From Chlorobiaceae bacterium (GTDB lineage: Bacteria; Bacteroidota; Ignavibacteria; UBA10030; SZUA-254): a stretch of DNA of 64,000 bases. Below the pieces are notes generated by a model. The model did no database searches. It was not told where the DNA came from and was given only the letters and a program-made list of their open reading frames with translations. Position 1 is the first letter of the stretch, and each line of letters starts with the position of its first letter. The stretch covers positions 43,396-107,395 of the forward strand of contig PNNN01000011.1 of the NCBI GenBank assembly GCA_013824245.1. The letters are read 5' to 3'. Below, one piece after another: positions 59,588 through 64,000 of this stretch. Made by a program: the position numbers and the translations under genes.

Positions 59588-61096
59588 ATGTTTCATCAAA
59601 TTAAGCGGCTCGGAACCGAGACGGCAATTTACGGCATCAGCACGATTCTCGGTCGATTTCTTAATTTTCTCCTCGTTCCATTCTATACGAATGTCCTCGC
59701 TCCCGGCGATTACGGCATCGTGGCATACCTTTACTCACTGATCGCGTTCGTCAATGTCTTTTATTCGTACGGGATGGAATCCGCGTACTTTAAGTACTCA
59801 TCTACGCTGGAGATAGGTACTGCAAAGCAAAATTTCAGCACACCGTTCATATCGTTATTCGGTACATCGGTTATATTTTCAATCATCCTCGTGATTCTTG
59901 CTTCACCGATAGCGAGAATGATAAACGTTCCGATAGATTATGAATCAATTTTACTTTACACTGTCGGTATTTTAGCATTCGATGCGATTGCAATCATTCC
60001 ATTTGCAGCGTTGCGGATGGAGCACAAAGCAAAACTCTTTGCAACAATAAAATTTCTGAACATCGTTGTTAATGTCGGAATGAATCTCATATTGCTCCTT
60101 GTCTTTAAGATGGGTGTGATTGGAGTATTTATCAGCGGACTTGCCGCTTCGGTGCTGACGGTTGTTATGCTGTTGCCGACAATATTCCGCTATCTCACGA
60201 AGGAATTCAATCTGCCGCTCTGGAAAGCGCTGATGAATTTCGGCTTACCTTATATCCCATCGGGACTTGCGGCAATGGCAATTCAGGTGATCGACCGACC
60301 GATACTTCGCGCACTAACGGATGACGCAACAGTTGGCATCTATCAGGCGAATTACCGGCTCGGGATTTTCATGATGTTAATTGTCTCGATGTACGATTAC
60401 GCGTGGCGACCGTTTTATTTTTCTACAGCCAAAGAAACGAATGCAAAAGAAATCTTCGCGCGCGTGTTGACTTACCTTGTCCTATTTATGTCGGCAATCT
60501 TTTTGGTACTGACGTTCTTCATCGGAGATATCGCAAAGATCAGTATTCTCGGCAGGCATGTAATCGGTCCGAGTTACTGGAGCGGATTGAATATTGTTCC
60601 TATAGTTCTCCTCGGATATGTTTTCCTCGGCATTTCCACGAATCTTTCGGCGGGAATATTTATTGAGAAGAAAACCAAATTCTCGCCGCTTGTTACAGGT
60701 GTTGGCGCGGTGGTGAATGTCGTCGCCAATCTCCTCCTGATCCCACCGTTCGGGATGTTAGGTGCGGCGTGGGCGACGTTTATTGCTTATTTCATTATGA
60801 CTGTGACGATGTACATCGTTGTCCAGCGCATTTATCCGGTGAGCTACGAGTTTAGCCGCTTATTCAAAGTTGCCGGCTCAGCAGCGGTAGTAATAATGCT
60901 GTATTATTTCATCCCGGTTGAGGCGTTGTCCGGCTCAGCGACAATTGTTTTTCTTTGGAAGATATTTTTGATTGTACTTTTCTTGATGCTGATGTATGGG
61001 ATGAAGTTTTTTAGAGCAGGAGAGATTTCTGTTATTAAAAGACTTTGGAAGAATAAGGAAGATAAAGGGATTAGTGATATTTCTGAGAGTATATAA
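59588..61096 (+). CDS. polysaccharide biosynthesis protein / oligosaccharide flippase family (MOP superfamily)
   Basis: About 14 TM helices with a Wzx/MurJ-like N-terminal pattern (LGRFLNFLLVPFYTNVLAPGDYG). Confidence 0.7.
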   Translation: MFHQIKRLGTETAIYGISTILGRFLNFLLVPFYTNVLAPGDYGIVAYLYSLIAFVNVFYSYGMESAYFKYSSTLEIGTAKQNFSTPFISLFGTSVIFSIILVILASPIARMINVPIDYESILLYTVGILAFDAIAIIPFAALRMEHKAKLFATIKFLNIVVNVGMNLILLLVFKMGVIGVFISGLAASVLTVVMLLPTIFRYLTKEFNLPLWKALMNFGLPYIPSGLAAMAIQVIDRPILRALTDDATVGIYQANYRLGIFMMLIVSMYDYAWRPFYFSTAKETNAKEIFARVLTYLVLFMSAIFLVLTFFIGDIAKISILGRHVIGPSYWSGLNIVPIVLLGYVFLGISTNLSAGIFIEKKTKFSPLVTGVGAVVNVVANLLLIPPFGMLGAAWATFIAYFIMTVTMYIVVQRIYPVSYEFSRLFKVAGSAAVVIMLYYFIPVEALSGSATIVFLWKIFLIVLFLMLMYGMKFFRAGEISVIKRLWKNKEDKGISDISESI

Positions 61097-61131
61097 GTGA
61101 ATAAGAATTGATTAACGTGCATAATAAAACT

Positions 61132-61728
61132 TCATTGCCTTGCAAATTCAATGAGAGATTGATAATCGTTTTCATCGGCTTTACGCAGAGCTTTCAGATA
61201 CGCCGACCTTGCGGCACCTTGTGCCGTCAAATTGATACTACCCCATGAAAAGGTGGGACGACCAAATCCATGGCTTACGAGAATATCTGCTATGAGGCGG
61301 GAATGTCTTCCGTTCCCGTTTGAGAATGGATGAATCATAACAATCCGGTGGCTGAATCTCACGCCAATCTCGTCCTCATCAAACACTTTGTTGTCGATCC
61401 AGTATCGGCAATCGTCTAAGAGCTTCTTTATTTCGGTACGGATTTGATTTTTATCTACACCAAGATTCTTATTCGAGATTCGGAATTGTCCAGCCCACTT
61501 CCAAATATCCTCAAACATCTTTTTGTGCAGCTCTCTCACAAACTCCTCGGTAAGTATCTGCTGGAAACCAAATTTTCTTTTCCTTGTCCATTCTATGGCT
61601 TTCTCCACTCCAAGCTGTTCAAATTCGTCAAGCTCGCCCCGCGTCGTAATCGTCGGTATGAGTAAGCCATCTTTCTCGTCTTCATCAATTGGAGTTTGAC
61701 CGTTCGTGTAATCGAGATCTAATCCCAT
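61132..61728 (-). CDS. Fic family protein (mobile mystery protein B type)
   Basis: The Fic motif HPFSNGNGRHSR is present. Short Fic with the context typical of mobile mystery protein B. Confidence 0.8.
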   Translation of the reverse strand: MGLDLDYTNGQTPIDEDEKDGLLIPTITTRGELDEFEQLGVEKAIEWTRKRKFGFQQILTEEFVRELHKKMFEDIWKWAGQFRISNKNLGVDKNQIRTEIKKLLDDCRYWIDNKVFDEDEIGVRFSHRIVMIHPFSNGNGRHSRLIADILVSHGFGRPTFSWGSINLTAQGAARSAYLKALRKADENDYQSLIEFARQ

Positions 61729-62183
61729 AGATGTTTCGGCATCTCTTGTTTCAGCATATCTGCCCTGTCTTTGATTGCCCGCCGTAATCTATCTTCTCTG
61801 TTTTCCTGTTCCTCAAGCTTCATAGTATGGGAGGTTCTCATTACAACATCACGAGCAACTTGTTGAGCACGCTTGTCGATCATCTTTTCAATGGAAGATT
61901 CCTTCGGTAAGAATCCGTACACAAACTGAAGATCGAGTGCCTCGCCAACTTCAATCAATTTGTTGAGAGTGATAGTCTTGTTCTGCTCTCGTTCTTCAAT
62001 TTCTTTCACGCTTACCGATGTCTTGTTGAGCCGTTTTGCAAGCTGCACTAACGACATGTTGAGTGTTGTTCTAATAGCGTTTATCCATCCTTTTGAGGGT
62101 ACCTCAACTTCACTTAAAACATGCAGTTTCGCCAACTTCCTGTCAAGTTGTTCTACCATGAGCTTTTTGTTGAGTTTATCCAT
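61719..62183 (-). CDS. HTH-domain partner of Fic (mobile mystery protein A type)
   Basis: XRE-like HTH (SLVQLAKRLNKTSVSVKEIEE) immediately upstream of and overlapping the Fic gene. Confidence 0.7.
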   Translation of the reverse strand: MDKLNKKLMVEQLDRKLAKLHVLSEVEVPSKGWINAIRTTLNMSLVQLAKRLNKTSVSVKEIEEREQNKTITLNKLIEVGEALDLQFVYGFLPKESSIEKMIDKRAQQVARDVVMRTSHTMKLEEQENREDRLRRAIKDRADMLKQEMPKHLWD

Positions 62184-62471
62184 TAGGGTATATCCTTGTT
62201 TGTGATGCCATAATATAAGGTTATACCCTTATTATTGCAAATGGATTATTAGGGAATACCCTTTGTTAGGAGATGATTTTTCTTGGGAACAGCTTGAGCG
62301 AGGATTAGATATAGGATATCTTTTTCTCTATTTGAGCTTGCAAAATCCAGCCGCATCCTGAGCTTTGTCGAAGGATGGAGGGTAACTTTGCTTGTCCCGA
62401 ATTCTTTTTTCGGGGTACATATTATTATAGATCGTGAGCCGATTGCTCTCCACATTGGCAGGAGAGTCGCT

Positions 62472-62496
62472 AACTATAGTATGTAGACTTAAAGTA
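62472..62496 (+). promoter_or_regulatory. putative C-box operator pair upstream of the controller gene
   Basis: AACTATAGTA-TGTA-GACTTAAAGTA is a degenerate form of the GACTnnnAGTC-TGTA-GACTnnnAGTC C-box architecture. It lies about 23 bp upstream of the ATG. Confidence 0.5.
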
Positions 62497-62518
62497 GGCA
62501 GGATTGTATATTAAACAC

Positions 62519-62728
62519 ATGAAAAATTCAATAATTATCAGATTTGGTAAGCGTGTTCGTCAAGAAAGAACAAAAAGGGATCTGTCGCAAGAGCAACTTG
62601 CCGAATTAGCAAATGTGCACAGGACATACGTTGGCATGGTAGAAAGAGGAGAAAAAAACATCACCTTGTTCAATATCGAGAGAATCGCCAAGGCGTTGAA
62701 GATATCGGTCAGTGAGTTGCTCTCCTAG
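62519..62728 (+). CDS. restriction-modification controller (C) protein, XRE-family HTH
   Basis: About 70 aa. LSQEQLAELANVHRTYVGMVERGEKNITLFNIERIAKALKISVSEL matches the C-protein family pattern (L.QE.LA...YIS..ERG..NP.L..L.KIA.AL). Confidence 0.75.
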   Translation: MKNSIIIRFGKRVRQERTKRDLSQEQLAELANVHRTYVGMVERGEKNITLFNIERIAKALKISVSELLS

Positions 62729-62749
62729 CATGAAGGAAATTAAGAGACA

Positions 62750-63778
62750 ATGACACCACACATCTCAGAGCTACTAGCAGGTCGAATTACAGAACTGAAT
62801 TATCCGGATTTGTTGGTGCGATACCCTTGGATAATGCAGAGAAACAAAAAATGCATATTAAGTCCGGATAGTGACGGACTCCTATGTGGATTGTTCATGT
62901 CTATGTATTTCGGATGGAAAGTGGTGGGTTACTATGATGGAAAGGTAATGTTGCTGAAAGAAGGGGTCTCAACGCATGATGATGACTGCGTTTTTTTAGA
63001 CATGGAGATTTACAGATCTCATGTAAAGAGCGTCGGTCATCACATGGTGTTGCTCAACAAAAATAGGATCACCAGTGACTGGACGAACTTCACAAATTGT
63101 CTGCAACCAAACAATCTACGATCTTATGACGGTAAACATGATTTCCGACTAAAATATCCTCTAGCGACAATACATTTTTTAATCGGAATAGTAGGCACAC
63201 AACATCCGATTGATATTCCTGTCAGTGCGATAGCACCTCTCTTTTTTACTGATGGCACGTTCAACGTATTGTATAAATACCCTGAAAATGTCTTGAATTG
63301 GTTAAACTACCTTGGAATTGAAAAAGAGGGTAGCCCATTACGGAAAATTTTTATGCATGATCATTTTACTGTCTACGACCAGATGAAGATAATGGACGAC
63401 TTCTTCCGAAAGCGGGACAAACTCAATGAGCAGGGTGAAAGAGGAGACAAGTTCGGAATCTCTGAATCGGATGGACAATTTAAGAACATCGAAGATCAAT
63501 CGCATAGAAAGGTAAAAGTTTCAGACGCAGAACAATGCAAAGTGAAGGGTTTTATCAAGCTGCTTGCAGAAACGACAGGGTGGCGGTTTGATGAAGATGC
63601 ATGGACGTTTGAGAATCTGAAGTGCTACAAGTTCAGCAAAGGGTCTTTCGAGGGAAGGAAGTGGACTGTATCTGACAGAGATTTTGACAAGTTAATGCGT
63701 TTGAACCCATTGTCGTGGGCAATGACAAGCGGTCAAAATATCGAGTTCACTTTAGAGGAGCCCGATTCTCTTCCTTAA
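62750..63778 (+). CDS. uncharacterised 342-aa protein under C-protein control; putative restriction endonuclease or other effector
   Basis: It lies 22 bp downstream of the C gene on the same strand and converges, with 3' overlap, on a DNA methyltransferase gene. No recognisable family motif. A possible but unconvincing PD-(D/E)xK-like segment is ...[17 protein letters not shown]. Confidence 0.3.
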   Translation: MTPHISELLAGRITELNYPDLLVRYPWIMQRNKKCILSPDSDGLLCGLFMSMYFGWKVVGYYDGKVMLLKEGVSTHDDDCVFLDMEIYRSHVKSVGHHMVLLNKNRITSDWTNFTNCLQPNNLRSYDGKHDFRLKYPLATIHFLIGIVGTQHPIDIPVSAIAPLFFTDGTFNVLYKYPENVLNWLNYLGIEKEGSPLRKIFMHDHFTVYDQMKIMDDFFRKRDKLNEQGERGDKFGISESDGQFKNIEDQSHRKVKVSDAEQCKVKGFIKLLAETTGWRFDEDAWTFENLKCYKFSKGSFEGRKWTVSDRDFDKLMRLNPLSWAMTSGQNIEFTLEEPDSLP

Positions 63779-64000
63779 GGGAGATTTGAGTAACCTCCTG
63801 AATAGAGATTTGGTATTCCTCAATAAATGGGAGATTACTGTCCTCTTCAGAGGAGACGATGTTGGTTTTGGAAAAAAGAGGCGACTCATTCTCAGTGTCC
63901 CGCAAACGCCTTTCTGCAATCTCACAGTATTCTTTGCTGATATCAAAACCGATGTAGTGCCTTCCTATTTTCTTTGCGCTCACCGCTGTTGATCCACTCC
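63747..64000 (-). CDS. DNA methyltransferase (N6/N4 MTase family), C-terminal portion; gene continues beyond the window end
   Basis: The C-terminal motifs [33 protein letters not shown] are typical of the N6_N4_Mtase domain end. The ORF is open to the window edge. Confidence 0.7.
   Translation of the reverse strand, partial: SGSTAVSAKKIGRHYIGFDISKEYCEIAERRLRDTENESPLFSKTNIVSSEEDSNLPFIEEYQISIQEVTQISLKEENRAPLK

Noticed and set aside
62249-62455. Minus-strand 68-aa ORF in the intergenic region between mobile mystery A and the C gene
   Set aside because: It lies across the divergent promoter/operator region with no coding signature. It is more plausibly regulatory DNA containing the palindromes and a CCCGAA-N7-TTCGGG hairpin.

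Overview
This 64-kb window looks like a chromosomal segment from a low-GC member of the Bacteroidota/Ignavibacteriota (FCB) group. The supporting signs are T9SS (Por) C-terminal sorting domains, a complete Bat aerotolerance operon, alternative complex III and Bacteroidetes-style gene junctions.

From left to right the window contains:
- (1) The tail of a cbb3 oxidase cluster (ccoP, ccoG, fixH-like, DsbD_2/TauE-like).
- (2) A respiratory supercluster: ACIII actA-F, a cytochrome c, Sco, aa3-type oxidase subunits I/III/IV/II, a polytopic membrane c-type cytochrome, and heme O synthase.
- (3) A T9SS esterase whose 3' end is duplicated around an inserted phd/parE toxin-antitoxin cassette. Next to it is a minus-strand gene with an N-terminal DUF4062-like domain, and a 600-bp hairpin-rich non-coding region.
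- (4) Housekeeping genes (LytR_C, rsfS, argS) and two tandem T9SS paralogs.
- (5) The Bat operon moxR-DUF58-hyp-batABCDE, interrupted by a four-helix-bundle (IVS-type) gene flanked by inverted heptad arrays.
- (6) A 20-kb polysaccharide/O-antigen locus (rfbB, wza, wzz, wzy, wzx, glycosyltransferases, wbaP-like, wzi-like), followed by accA, a thioesterase, trm112, nadC and a flippase.
- (7) A terminal mobile/defence islet: Fic-type mobile mystery proteins A/B, then a C-protein-controlled restriction-modification-like module (C-boxes, an orphan 342-aa protein, a convergent DNA methyltransferase truncated by the window edge).

The most novel candidates are:
- the DUF4062-like plus helical single-gene locus beside the TA cassette;
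- the uncharacterised 342-aa protein under C-protein control;
- a Tat-signal-only micro-ORF translationally coupled between actA and actB;
- a recurrent family of heptanucleotide tandem arrays at gene junctions.

I found no rRNA, tRNA, CRISPR array or transposase.
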